Of a stretch of 61,117 nt of DNA, positions 20,501-29,812 are shown in pieces. Every line of letters starts with the position of its first letter. Position 1 is the first letter of the stretch. Both the position numbers and the translations under genes were made by a program. The notes under the pieces are model-generated. The model was given only the letters and a program-made list of their open reading frames with translations, was not told the origin of the DNA and did not search any database. Origin of the DNA: a virus (Duplodnaviria > Caudoviricetes); IMG/VR virus record IMGVR_UViG_3300023084_000018, positions 1 to 61,117 of that record, one strand, 5' to 3'.

Positions 20501-23500
20501 AAGACAATGTAGTTACAACTGATATTGATACTGATAATATTATTACAATTGATGTTGATGACAACACAAGATGGGTTAAAAAGCCACACGGTGATCAAAC
20601 AAAAGAAAATCTGTTTGCATCAAGATCTGAACAGTTTGAAATGCCAACAGCAGGATATGTGCATTACAATGATGTAAATGGTCAAGCATTTACAAAAACA
20701 GATTTACAAAATTATTACTCAAACAATTATAGTTCAATTACAATAAACAATGGACATTTGGTTTGGGTGGCCAAAGATACTAATAACGATTGGAATGTTT
20801 ACAGATATACACCAATTGCACAACAAATTGAAAATGTTACATCAACCGAACCATTCACAGTTACACTTTCAGAAGCAACTAAACTATTAACTGATCATGG
20901 TGATTCAGTTGAATTGGTTTTACCAAAACCAGCATCAGCCACATCAAGTATAACAACTACATATGGTAACAAAATTTTAACTTTAAATTTAGCAGATCAA
21001 TCAGTGAGTAAAACATTTGATTTTGCAAATATTGGTGGCTCAGGTGCCGACATTGTTGTTGACGAAGTGTTTGACAAAGTGGCAGAGATGGTAATCTTAG
21101 TTGGTGGCTCTGGTTATTCAGTAGGCGACACTGTTACAGTGAGTGGTGCAGGTGGAAGTTCTGCTATAGGTAATGTAACAACAATTGATTCTAACGGTGC
21201 AATAACTAATATTGATGTTGTATCGGGTGGTAGTAATTTTTATGCTGAACCAGGTGACATTAGAATATTAACAGGTGACAATGATTCAGCCGGATTAAAT
21301 GCAGTTGTTAGACTGAGAGGCACAGTTACAAATAAAAACATAGAACCATCATTTGGTACAGGACACACTTTATCAAATCTTACATTAGGCAGTCAATTAA
21401 CAGCCAACACAATCACAACAACACCAACTATTGTCAACACAGGTCAAAATTATCAAGTTGGTGATACGATTCAACTAGCATCACCAAATGGCAATCTCAC
21501 AATAACATTGGGTTCTGTTGCTTCTACATTTAACGAAGTTAATTCAATTAGTGCTACTGGTGGTGTAGATCATCTAGTAGGCGAAAATATTGTTATAGGT
21601 AGTTGGTCTCCAGCAAACACACTTGGAGTAGATTATCATTTAATTGGTATTATCTCCAGTGTAGGTGTAAGCGGTGACATTGTAACATTTACAGATGCTT
21701 CAACAAATCCTGCTATCAGTGCCAATATTAAAAACACATTAACCACTGATACTATCTCTGTTGTTTCATCTGATTATCAATCATTATCAACCGGTAACGG
21801 AACAGCCACAATCAGTATTGCTACATCAAAGAGTGGACAAATTGGTAGTGTCAACATAACTGCTACAAAAATTGGTAATCAGTCTGTAAGCACACTTAAT
21901 AACTTATTCCCAGACACAGTAGGCGGAACTGTTATTGATAGTACAGCAGGTACAGATGCTGTGTTAACATTCACCGAAAGTGTTCAGGCAAAATTTGAAA
22001 TAAACGGAATTGATAGTGCTAACAACAAAATTAGTATTGTAGACTTAAACAGCACTACATCAACTGTAAATGATTGTTATTCAATCAGCGGTGTTGATTT
22101 GATTGTAAACACAATTACTGTAACAAATCCAGCAACATATGGTGATGCAACATTTGGCGGTATAAAGAATTTAAAAATCAACAGTGGAGGCAGTGGTTAT
22201 CAGTCTCCTTCGTTTATAGTTTCAGGCGATAACCCTGCTCAAGCAAATTTAATTGTATCAGGTGGCGTGATTACTGGAGCATACGTAACTGCTACAGGAT
22301 CAGGTTACAGAAAACAGTTTAGAGGAGAAACTGATATTGAAATTACAATCAAAGATACAGTAAATGCAAATGTTGATTTTTCTGATTTATTATTAAAAAC
22401 AGATTCAGTGTCAAATGTAGTTGTTACAATTAATGAAGAGTTTGATGGCACAGCACCAGCAATTAGTTTAGGCAGTACTGCTAATACATCATTATTATTC
22501 ACAGCACAGAGTTTATCAGCAAATTCTACAGTAACAACATTTAATTCAAATATTACAGATAGATCAAACGTGGCGTTAAGAACAAACTTTACAGTAACAA
22601 ACGGAACAACAGGTAATGCAACTGTGACAGTTAATTACAAAAAAGCATTGTATAATATTTCTGAACTTGATGGCAGTGCTACCACTGTGACAGCAAATGA
22701 TTTATCAGGCAGTAACTACAGTTTATATACTTGGAAAGATGTAAGACTTGCATCAAGAAATAACGGAGTTGATCAAAGCAATGTGGGTGCGAATCTATCA
22801 GCCACAGTAAATGATTTTGTATCAAATGTTTGTTCAGACATAACATTTGTTGAAGGTGATAAAATTTTCTTAGACAACGGCGGTGACAATTCTTGGTACA
22901 CAATGACTATGACTGCAAATGCTACTGTGAGAACAGCATATGATACATTGGCAAGTAATTCAAATGTTTCAGCAAATATCACAATAGGCAGTGACTATTG
23001 GATTATTAATTCCGATGTTGATTATGATGCACCAACACCAGATCAAACACTGTTCAATAGCACTTTGAGAAAACAAAGCACTCAAATTAATTCTAAATTA
23101 GTAGACAGATCAAGAATTTACAATGACTATGACGGCATAAACGAAATTGACTTAGATGTGTTTGATCCTGTCAAAAACATATACCCAGGTGTTGCAATAC
23201 AAGAAATTTCATATATCAGAAACACAGATCCTGCTATTGTAACAAACACATCATCCACAGCCAACACAGCAAATGATTTATATGTGTGGGGTAACAACCA
23301 AGTTGGTCAACTATGGTGGGACACATCAACTATAAGATATATTGAATACGAAAATTTTGATACAGAATACAGATTAAAAAACTGGGGATCATTATTCCCA
23401 GGTTCAACTGTTGATTTATACGAATGGGTAAAAAGTACATCAACACCAGACAATTGGGAACTCGATGGCACTGTTAAAAGCACAACCGAATATGTGACAG

Positions 23501-26379
23501 AAACTGTAACTGACAAACAAGGTATTGCAACTACTGTATATTATTTCTGGGTCAAAAACAGAACTGTTACTCCTGAAAAAGAATTTAGATTGTTACCTGC
23601 ACTGTCAGTTGGACGTTTGTTAAAAAATCCTACATCACAAGGTTTAAGTTGGTTTGCACCTGTGTCAGCATCAAGTATACTGGTTTCAAATGTCGCAAGA
23701 TTTATATCAACTGACAACAGTGTTTTAAGATTAAATTACAAAATCAAAGACAACGACAATCCTATACACAAACAATGGATTTTATTAAAAGAAAATGATC
23801 CAAATGAATTAGTACCTGACACCGTTTGGAATAAATTCACTGATTCACTGTCAGGTATTGATGCAATAGGTAACGCAGTGCCTGATACTAATTTACATGA
23901 AAATATAAGATACGGTAACAGTATTAGACCTAGACAATCATGGTTCAAAAACAATAGTGAAGCAAGACGAGTATTTAGATATAAAACAAATGAAATTTTA
24001 GCAAATATCAATCTTGATATTGAATATCCAAACTGGGATTCAACTGTAACTACTTCAAACTTGTATGACAAAATTGATTATTTCATTCCTGGTTATGACA
24101 ACACAATAATTATTAACAGAGTAGTTGATACTGCTAGTGATATTGATACAAGTGTTCTTAAAAAGAACGAAGTGATCAAAGTTAACATTGATAATAATTC
24201 TAAATGGGCTATTTACATTTATGGTGACAGAGAAAGTATCCTGGCAGGAAACATTGCAGTTGCATCAACAACTGATCTTGACACAGCAGGAACTGGAACC
24301 ACAGATTATAACTCGCCAAGTACAGGAACAACAATTGGTTACACTAGTGCAGGAACACAATCGTATCATTCAGCAAATGCAACAATTCAACTAGACGACC
24401 AAGGCATTGACCCTGCAACTTATGAATTAGTTAGAATTGCAAATCAAACCAGCACAGTAGCATTAAACACAGACTTTTATAACAGCACCACAGGTGCAAC
24501 AGAAATTAGACAACTGATGAATGTTTTATACAACACAGTGTTAGCTGGATCATACAAACAGAGTTTAAGTGAATTGTTATTTGAATGTATAAACTATATT
24601 TTCACAGAGCAAACCAACATTGATTGGATTATTAAAACCAGTTACTTTGATGTGTTACAAAATGATAACAGTTTACAACAAAGAGTTTCTTACAGACCAG
24701 ACACATTCCAGTTTGTTGAAAGTTATGTAAATGAAGTTAAACCATATCACGGCAAATTGTTAAACTTCTTGTCTAAAAAATCAACTGCAATTGAAGAAGC
24801 AAATGTTGATATGGACGAGCAATCAATAACTTTAAAAACTGATTTAGTGTTTGACAGAATAACTAAAAGTATTGAAATATTATCAAGTGGTACTCAAGCA
24901 GAACAACTTGAAGCATTAAAAACTAGAACATCGTTGACAACAGTTCCAGATTCATCAGCAATTGAAAGAGTTGCAAAATATTATTTTGGTGAACAACTAA
25001 CATCTTTGATAACTTCAAATGCAGATTCTGTTGATGCATATTTGAAACAGGTTAATAACATAATTGCTCCATTTAAAGATTTAGAATTAAACGGTACACC
25101 GTTTACAATTGACGAATTAGGCAACACTGTTGGTATTGACAAACACAGATATGATAACGATATTGGTTGGGATTCAGATGTTGTACAAACAATTTATCGT
25201 TCATTGTTCCAATCAAAAAACGGCTGGGTAGCAGGCACAAATTATACAACAACAGTTACAACAAATGCATCAGGACAAATTACATCAAACAGTTATGTGA
25301 GATACAATGACTTATCACATTTCTCTGCATGGAACGTGGCAAACACGTATGCTGTAGGTGACCTTGTATTACACAACAGTCAACTTTATAGATGTAATGT
25401 TAATCATAAAAATTTATCTTCAGAAACTGTTTTACAAAACAGCAGATGGGATTTAGTTGAAGACTATGTTTACTTTGCACAAAATGATCACGTGGCTTCA
25501 TCAAGTTTTGCTACTGATTATGACGCAGGTAATTGGAGTTTAGTCACTGTACAATTTGACGGTGCTGGTTTTGTAAGACCACAACACGAAGATTATCCAG
25601 AAGAAATGGTTCCTGCTAAAGTCAAAGAAACATTATCGTTAACTGTGATCACATATGAAGAAACATCACCAGACTATGCTGATATTGATCAAGACGGTAA
25701 CACAACAGAAACACACGGTTACGGTGATCAATATGCTTTCAATATTTTTTATGGACAAGATGGTAGAACCACATATATGAGATTGCCTAAAGCGACTGAA
25801 ACAACTCTATCTGCTGAAATTAATTCTAATTCAAACACAATCACAGTTGCTAATGCATCTGTACTTTGGGATGATATTGATATCACAGACCCAGATGATT
25901 CATCTATTGTGATTGGAACAGTTAATAAAATTGCAGGCGGCACTGTAAATGTTAATAATCCAAGTAGAATTTGGGTTGGATCAGAACTAATAGAATTTAC
26001 TGGTATTTCCGGTAACACACTAACAGGAATCAGAAGAGGTGTGCTTGGTACACCAATACAAGACCATGCAAACAGCACTGTGGTTAGATCTGCAAGTTCA
26101 CAACACATTATACCAGATGCATCAACATCAGCAAGATGGTCAGCATATGATCCTGCTGGAACTGAATTAATTGATAAAACTGTACAAGCAACCTGGGATG
26201 CTACAGCATGGGACAGTGTTGGATCGTTCTGGGATGTAGCAACGTTAGATCCAACAGATCAAGCAATCTTTATCAGAGCAGGTGGAATCAGTAACTTTAA
26301 CTTATACAACACAACTTATGTTGAGCCTGGGTACACAACACCACAATCAGGATTAACTGGTTACTTTAGTGAGGAATAA
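14503..26379 (+). CDS. Giant multidomain virion/baseplate protein (3958 aa, gp7-like position)
   Basis: Follows gp6; N-terminal LPEFLQT; contains a cupredoxin-like motif, CBM5/12-like modules, GGSGY repeats, VKPYH motif and acidic WD repeats. Confidence 0.8.
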   Translation: MADKVSTKLPEFLQTAKLKNFFDGTVEQVFSKAQNEKVTEWIGRKYGTYYNPFKDNYKIEKNNSRQNYQLETTAVLKDPANLQTIDTVFFTEALDYITHENGKTNNQNRLFGQNYYSYGPPIDYDKFLNYENYYWYPSLDSGVPTVVVAGKTEQFIVAANQTTFTLSYPIGAHDTVQVNGVATVDYQTTGLTLDFSSSSIVLNAGDNISVTYKIDPDDIVGLKNYTSPNGIAFTSGLLIEFSSASLTNSNYQDKKYFIEGIKSKNGIFFVETSSETELFLDEKFLPWDPSNTQGTSSTTEGWDSTRYDTVPAIENPDYITIARGSKDKNPWSRTNGWVHKDVITAYKDFQEEVTVFHPWDSVTSVISGWDDGYWDSTTEFQAGVFQLDVNRKGKRPILEFEKDIRLFDYGEDHVYTVDVLAVSDTVDSINGQANYRVDDIDLRDGMKILFVNTNFQTTLTEWSGDSYPWDHDIDLDGTSDVGWDITGADFDVSSSIWEVSGVGSSISLTKVSGITVQDYSKVTVKLGLANAGKEYYWTGYAWDLAQQKQGLNQAPLFALYDSSGKALDDLVQYPNSSFAGNKIFGYKVGTGAVDDVLGFSPHYSLYNSISNYEFENFLNSETALTGFKYYKQYDYKNILNDTMELDVAVNPAFTVSGNRFYINNVKQQTVIFQKNNTYRFILDDSSFSNNGYTQTYHPFLFSSVNDGTHNSGSTYSTGIKYYLDDVEVTELVFKSNSFNSAKTRYLEITPTASTPDTLYYYCHNHAGMGGKINIIDNQYTTIADKTETNYYNEWRAVEDKSNQKLIQEFETDEYSIKNNFDLDVVIANDNSVEVYVDNQLKILNTDYEIRLGKYIKFTNDLENHKHLLIKFHTNDVDTVLSRAYYEIPKNLSNNASNNDVTSYSYSNLLNHFSSGIQNQNDIVGLALGNNSYRDTEKNVSLCEHILQHNAPLLKFMTHVNNDDLDIAKAIKFSQSEYVRFKNKFLKTLEKVNRDNDINSWSGKQIVDEALKIINVNKKSTDNWAYSMMLSYGETGSRTTYPITASNKTWTQSFGSTLSFVQNATLSQQLVGAPGLEIDITYNPITDKDTKSLYVYKNDVLLLMNVDYVIDNADGTKIVFIGPGKPIIGDTVYVDYFETKQPVWIPATPAKLGIAQSYVPQTIIDSNYSSGTQRFTQGHDGSLTLKYNDYRDTALIELEKRIYNGIETKFIDPDYVPSMAYQTVIGNYFNKKDYSYEEYVQAIRNRAYDWGIQNLVEMRVNSTYDSSDWKTWNYSSVTNISDDPTPGHWRGIYKKFYGTHRPDSHPWEMLGFSIKPIWWDSTYSWVNVDKRKTLLNDIEKGIIRLGERANFVDNTYTDKNNPYRHDNFSNYVPVDLQGNIKSPKDIGLISTDPTSIEAKKDWKLGDISPAELAFMINSSYNFAFTKTLLVLKPAEFCEAMFDTLNVSTAEANPKQIYSSNSSKRTNNNVYVHRELTNTNEVVIGYGYNHYVSERLLNETKDISTLYGGRIRNVQPQLGIKQASYIDFDSLKVQSEAYSPDSLTSSIFLPETNVVSFVHQGQGLGKKAYSGVIVEKTLTGYKVHGYDAGANYFTTTVSDKNGSSAPVSVGGKPVDTPPFSTGTILSVGQYIKFEGQVYKTTKAHTTGSNFDPNNFQSVAQIPMEGGAAVTYYRNVVRNKLQNFEYGTEFDSIQDLFDFLINWGRYLEDQGWIFDTQNNRIRETYNWLYSAKEFLFWSLGDWEAGSIITLSPLANEVSFEPTSGIVANVEDQIGDSYAILDRGGFPIETANTTVIRDGRKISITVDDNTPIYFVKLFTREIEHVTIFDNVTSFGDVIYDPILALRQPRLKQTVLRTTDWLGKLEANGHLITNTGIVSNFDTSAKDIQTYLDVDTTTNNEDLNKAGLHTIGYQSRDHLDNLEIIDENQVRFYQGFIKQKGSQNAIDRLLRSDKVLDNQDISIYEYYAIKLADFGGSAINQSIEVNLGNEEIKTNPQIIQFLPKKDNVVTTDIDTDNIITIDVDDNTRWVKKPHGDQTKENLFASRSEQFEMPTAGYVHYNDVNGQAFTKTDLQNYYSNNYSSITINNGHLVWVAKDTNNDWNVYRYTPIAQQIENVTSTEPFTVTLSEATKLLTDHGDSVELVLPKPASATSSITTTYGNKILTLNLADQSVSKTFDFANIGGSGADIVVDEVFDKVAEMVILVGGSGYSVGDTVTVSGAGGSSAIGNVTTIDSNGAITNIDVVSGGSNFYAEPGDIRILTGDNDSAGLNAVVRLRGTVTNKNIEPSFGTGHTLSNLTLGSQLTANTITTTPTIVNTGQNYQVGDTIQLASPNGNLTITLGSVASTFNEVNSISATGGVDHLVGENIVIGSWSPANTLGVDYHLIGIISSVGVSGDIVTFTDASTNPAISANIKNTLTTDTISVVSSDYQSLSTGNGTATISIATSKSGQIGSVNITATKIGNQSVSTLNNLFPDTVGGTVIDSTAGTDAVLTFTESVQAKFEINGIDSANNKISIVDLNSTTSTVNDCYSISGVDLIVNTITVTNPATYGDATFGGIKNLKINSGGSGYQSPSFIVSGDNPAQANLIVSGGVITGAYVTATGSGYRKQFRGETDIEITIKDTVNANVDFSDLLLKTDSVSNVVVTINEEFDGTAPAISLGSTANTSLLFTAQSLSANSTVTTFNSNITDRSNVALRTNFTVTNGTTGNATVTVNYKKALYNISELDGSATTVTANDLSGSNYSLYTWKDVRLASRNNGVDQSNVGANLSATVNDFVSNVCSDITFVEGDKIFLDNGGDNSWYTMTMTANATVRTAYDTLASNSNVSANITIGSDYWIINSDVDYDAPTPDQTLFNSTLRKQSTQINSKLVDRSRIYNDYDGINEIDLDVFDPVKNIYPGVAIQEISYIRNTDPAIVTNTSSTANTANDLYVWGNNQVGQLWWDTSTIRYIEYENFDTEYRLKNWGSLFPGSTVDLYEWVKSTSTPDNWELDGTVKSTTEYVTETVTDKQGIATTVYYFWVKNRTVTPEKEFRLLPALSVGRLLKNPTSQGLSWFAPVSASSILVSNVARFISTDNSVLRLNYKIKDNDNPIHKQWILLKENDPNELVPDTVWNKFTDSLSGIDAIGNAVPDTNLHENIRYGNSIRPRQSWFKNNSEARRVFRYKTNEILANINLDIEYPNWDSTVTTSNLYDKIDYFIPGYDNTIIINRVVDTASDIDTSVLKKNEVIKVNIDNNSKWAIYIYGDRESILAGNIAVASTTDLDTAGTGTTDYNSPSTGTTIGYTSAGTQSYHSANATIQLDDQGIDPATYELVRIANQTSTVALNTDFYNSTTGATEIRQLMNVLYNTVLAGSYKQSLSELLFECINYIFTEQTNIDWIIKTSYFDVLQNDNSLQQRVSYRPDTFQFVESYVNEVKPYHGKLLNFLSKKSTAIEEANVDMDEQSITLKTDLVFDRITKSIEILSSGTQAEQLEALKTRTSLTTVPDSSAIERVAKYYFGEQLTSLITSNADSVDAYLKQVNNIIAPFKDLELNGTPFTIDELGNTVGIDKHRYDNDIGWDSDVVQTIYRSLFQSKNGWVAGTNYTTTVTTNASGQITSNSYVRYNDLSHFSAWNVANTYAVGDLVLHNSQLYRCNVNHKNLSSETVLQNSRWDLVEDYVYFAQNDHVASSSFATDYDAGNWSLVTVQFDGAGFVRPQHEDYPEEMVPAKVKETLSLTVITYEETSPDYADIDQDGNTTETHGYGDQYAFNIFYGQDGRTTYMRLPKATETTLSAEINSNSNTITVANASVLWDDIDITDPDDSSIVIGTVNKIAGGTVNVNNPSRIWVGSELIEFTGISGNTLTGIRRGVLGTPIQDHANSTVVRSASSQHIIPDASTSARWSAYDPAGTELIDKTVQATWDATAWDSVGSFWDVATLDPTDQAIFIRAGGISNFNLYNTTYVEPGYTTPQSGLTGYFSEE

Positions 26380-26382
26380 ATA
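26377..26382 (+). promoter_or_regulatory. Late promoter TAAATA
   Basis: TAAATA-5 nt-ATG (26388). Confidence 0.5.
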
Positions 26383-26387
26383 ACAAT

Positions 26388-27752
26388 ATGGCACTAGCAA
26401 ATATAAAACTTCGAGCAACATCGGCAAATGTAACAACGCAAATTAATGGTATTACTGCTATTACATCAGGTCAAATAACAGGTGCTCCTTTAACACACGA
26501 GCAATTAGATTTAAACTTTTTAGAATTAGCAAATTCAATTGTAAATTTATCCTCTACAGAAGGAGTAACTCTTGTAAATCAAACAACTACAAATCTAGTT
26601 GAAGGCACAAATTTATATTATACTGATGCTAGAGTTGATACAAGAGTGGCAAACATCGCAGTATCAAACATTGCCATAAATGCTGTAAACGATACACACA
26701 TAGATTTTGGTACAGGTACTAATCAAGTATCAACAGCAGACATACCAGAACAAACAAATTTATATTACACAGATACTAGAGCCGATGACAGAATTGCTCA
26801 AGCATCAATAAACGATTTAGCAGATGTTGTTGCAACATCTCCATCTAACGGAGACATATTAAAATATGTAACAGCAAATTCAAGATTTGAACTTCAAGCA
26901 GATATCAACACAACTGATATCAGTGCTAACACTATTAATCAATTGTCAGATGTTGATACAACTGGTGTTACAACAAATTCTATTTTAAAATACAACGGTA
27001 GCAGTTGGATTGTGTCAACTGACGTTGATACCACAGATTTATCTGCCAACACTACAACAGATTTAAATGAAGGTACAAATTTATATTACACAGATGCTAG
27101 AGCCAGAACTAGTATATCAGTAGGTGCAGAAGGCACAGCATCAGGTGATGGTAGTGTTGCTTACAATAATTCAACAGGTGTGTTTACATATACTCCAGCA
27201 GATTTAAGTTTATATGTACAAAACACAGCAACAAGTGATATTGATTTAAACAGCAACAGTTTACTAAATGTTTCATCAGCAAACATATCAGCAATAACCA
27301 CAGCAAGAATTACGTCAACTACTAACACAGTGAATCCATTTGAAACACCACAGTTCACTAGAGAGTTTAATGACACACAACCATACAATGCATTGGCTAT
27401 ACAAGGTAAAAATGCTTCGGACATGAGTGACGGATTTGGTGGTGCTATTGTTTTCAGAATTCAAGATGATACATCAAACAACGAAACAATTGGTTTGATC
27501 AGTACTGTTAGAGATGGTGCTGACAACACAGGTAAATTTGTTTTAGGGTTGGTTAATGCAGGTACTTACAGTGATGTATTTTCTGTAAAAGCTGACGGTT
27601 TAGCAACTTTTACTAATGCAATACAAGTGGCAAGCATGACCACAACACAACGTGATGCAATCAGCAGTCCTACAGCAGGAATGATGGTTTATAATACCAC
27701 AGTCAACAAACACCAAGGATACAATGGTACTACTTGGAATGATTTCTACTAA
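26388..27752 (+). CDS. Tail fibre-like protein with internal repeats
   Basis: PLTHEQLDLNF N-terminal motif; 3x TNLYYTD(A/T)R; 2x IN(D/Q)L(A/S)DV...ILKY; C-terminal MTTTQRDAISSPTAGMMVYNTT. Confidence 0.75.
   Translation: MALANIKLRATSANVTTQINGITAITSGQITGAPLTHEQLDLNFLELANSIVNLSSTEGVTLVNQTTTNLVEGTNLYYTDARVDTRVANIAVSNIAINAVNDTHIDFGTGTNQVSTADIPEQTNLYYTDTRADDRIAQASINDLADVVATSPSNGDILKYVTANSRFELQADINTTDISANTINQLSDVDTTGVTTNSILKYNGSSWIVSTDVDTTDLSANTTTDLNEGTNLYYTDARARTSISVGAEGTASGDGSVAYNNSTGVFTYTPADLSLYVQNTATSDIDLNSNSLLNVSSANISAITTARITSTTNTVNPFETPQFTREFNDTQPYNALAIQGKNASDMSDGFGGAIVFRIQDDTSNNETIGLISTVRDGADNTGKFVLGLVNAGTYSDVFSVKADGLATFTNAIQVASMTTTQRDAISSPTAGMMVYNTTVNKHQGYNGTTWNDFY
26607..27104 (+). repeat. 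Three intragenic ~28-30 bp repeats (ACAAATTTATATTAYACWGATRCTAGAG)
   Basis: Copies start near 26607, 26754 and 27075 and encode TNLYYTD(A/T)R. Confidence 0.8.
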
Positions 27753-27784
27753 AATGATGTTAAATACTATTTTAATCTTGACAA

Positions 27785-27790
27785 TAAATA
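27785..27790 (+). promoter_or_regulatory. Late promoter TAAATA (overlaps a possible TTGACA-18-TAATAT)
   Basis: Intergenic, upstream of SD AGGA. Confidence 0.5.
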
Positions 27791-27813
27791 ACACTATAGG
27801 ATAATATAACAAA

Positions 27814-28467
27814 ATGTCAGAAACACAAGATAACAAAAAACCAAATGAAACCGGCACTGTTAAGGTTGAAGGTCATATACTGATCACAGACAAAACCACA
27901 GGCGAAGTGCTAGTGGACAAGAAAAACGCTATTCATCACGGAAACATGGCGTTTGTGATTGCTTCAGCACTGTCACATCACACACTTAACGATTCTGGTA
28001 TATACCATATGGGTTTTGGTAATGGTGGTTCTGACGTATTATCAACGGGTGCTATCAAGTACAAAAGTACTAATACAAGTACTTCAAAAGATACTTCTGC
28101 AGATTTATACAACAGAACGTATTCTAAAGTTGTTGCTAAACCATCGTCTACAACAACTGTACAAAGTGGTGACCCAAACAACAATATTGAAGTAATAGCA
28201 TCAACAGGTGCTTATACTGATTTAAAAGTTAAATGTTTACTTGACTTTGGTGAGCCCACAGGTCAAGATGCTACTGACAATGCAACAAATGACTCAAGTT
28301 ATGTATTTGATGAACTTGGTTTATTTGCGTACTATCAAAATACTAGCACTGGAACTATTGACATCGAGCAGAGTTTAATGCTTTCTCATGTGATTTTTCA
28401 CCCAGTGCAAAAGAGTACAAACCGTCAAATTGAAATAATTTACACAATTCGGGTGCAAATGCAGTAG
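27814..28467 (+). CDS. Putative baseplate/tail-collar structural protein
   Basis: GHILITD, MGFGNGG, FDELGLF, HVIFHPVQKSTNRQIEIIYTIRVQ; structural context. Confidence 0.65.
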   Translation: MSETQDNKKPNETGTVKVEGHILITDKTTGEVLVDKKNAIHHGNMAFVIASALSHHTLNDSGIYHMGFGNGGSDVLSTGAIKYKSTNTSTSKDTSADLYNRTYSKVVAKPSSTTTVQSGDPNNNIEVIASTGAYTDLKVKCLLDFGEPTGQDATDNATNDSSYVFDELGLFAYYQNTSTGTIDIEQSLMLSHVIFHPVQKSTNRQIEIIYTIRVQMQ

Positions 28468-28484
28468 TAATATGCTAATATTAA

Positions 28485-28490
28485 TAAATA
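28485..28490 (+). promoter_or_regulatory. Late promoter TAAATA
   Basis: Intergenic, upstream of SD AGGAG. Confidence 0.55.
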
Positions 28491-28512
28491 AAGTTAGGAG
28501 TAAAGAAGTATA

Positions 28513-29811
28513 ATGTCATACACAATTAATAACAGTAGAGGATCTGTGGTAACAACAGTTACACCGGGTACAACTCAGGTCGTAGGTGGCATTACTCTAA
28601 TTGGTAAAAATTACACAGGTTATGGTGAATTAATTGCTGAAGACTTGGTTAAAATGTTGGAAAATCAAGCCAACACATCTAATCCAACTTCCCCTCTTGA
28701 AGGCCAATTATGGTATGACACTACAGAAAATATTTTAAAAGTTTACGATACAACATGGAACAGAATACAGGTAACTGTAGACAGTTCTGCGCCATCGTCA
28801 CCAACAGCAGGTACTATGTGGTTAGACACCGCAAGTGATACATTCAAAATTTACAATGGTACTGCGTTTGTTTCAACTGCAATGGCTTCATCAAAAACAA
28901 GAAGCACAGCAGTAACACTAAAAATTGGAAACAATTCTTGGGCAACAACGGCAAGACAAAATGGATTTACATCAAACTCAAATGCAGAAGTTGATGTGAC
29001 AGCAGTTGTATCAACAGATGGAGCAGGCAATGAAGAAGTTGTTGCACTGTTTTCTCCAGCATCATTTGATATCAGTGCTCAAACTGCCAACATTGCAGAT
29101 TCATCAAAATTAGAATACGATATCTATAATAACTTCTCTGTAACAACAGCAGGCGCAGGATCAAATTCAATCCAAGCAGGTTTAAATATCAGAGACGGTT
29201 TCTTAGATCCGGCGGCAACAGCACCATTGGCTGATGAGGCACTTGGCATACAAGATGCATCAAACTCATCAGTATCATATGACAGTGATGCAATTTTAAT
29301 TTTAACAAAATCAACAGCACAAGATCATGTTGGTGATATTAGACCATCATCAAATGCATCAGTTAATTTAGGTTCAAACACACAAAGATACGCAACCATA
29401 TATGGTGTATCTACATCAGCACAATACGGTGATATAGCAGAAAGATATCATGCAGATATCTCCATGGAGCCTGGTATGGTAGTTGCATTAGGCGGTGCTG
29501 AAGAAATTACAAAAACTGCCGAAAGAGCAGATGAAAACGTATTTGGTGTTATCTCAACTGCGCCAGCATTTAGAATGAATGACGTAGAACAAGATGACGA
29601 AAAATTTCCTTTTGTTGCGTTTTCCGGAAGGGTTCCATGTCTAGTACAAGGACCAGTAGCAAAAGGTGACAGGTTGGTCAGCAGTGATATTCCAGGAGTT
29701 GCTGTTCGTGCCGACTCAACGGATAGTTGGAAAACTATAATTGGTAGGGCTCTAACTAATAAAACTTCTCAAGAAGTCGAAAAAATAACTATTGCAATAG
29801 GAGTAAAATAA
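28513..29811 (+). CDS. Tail fibre/appendage with C-terminal peptidase G2-like intramolecular chaperone
   Basis: PTSPLEGQLWYDT-type repeats; AQYGDIAERY...GVISTAP...SGRVPCLVQGPVAKGDRLVSS. Confidence 0.75.
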   Translation: MSYTINNSRGSVVTTVTPGTTQVVGGITLIGKNYTGYGELIAEDLVKMLENQANTSNPTSPLEGQLWYDTTENILKVYDTTWNRIQVTVDSSAPSSPTAGTMWLDTASDTFKIYNGTAFVSTAMASSKTRSTAVTLKIGNNSWATTARQNGFTSNSNAEVDVTAVVSTDGAGNEEVVALFSPASFDISAQTANIADSSKLEYDIYNNFSVTTAGAGSNSIQAGLNIRDGFLDPAATAPLADEALGIQDASNSSVSYDSDAILILTKSTAQDHVGDIRPSSNASVNLGSNTQRYATIYGVSTSAQYGDIAERYHADISMEPGMVVALGGAEEITKTAERADENVFGVISTAPAFRMNDVEQDDEKFPFVAFSGRVPCLVQGPVAKGDRLVSSDIPGVAVRADSTDSWKTIIGRALTNKTSQEVEKITIAIGVK

Positions 29812-29812
29812 A

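Noticed and set aside
14503-26379. Intein, intron or stop-codon recoding as the cause of the giant ORF
   Set aside because: No splicing or homing-endonuclease motifs noticed; TAA, TAG and TGA all serve as stops and coding density is high in the standard code.
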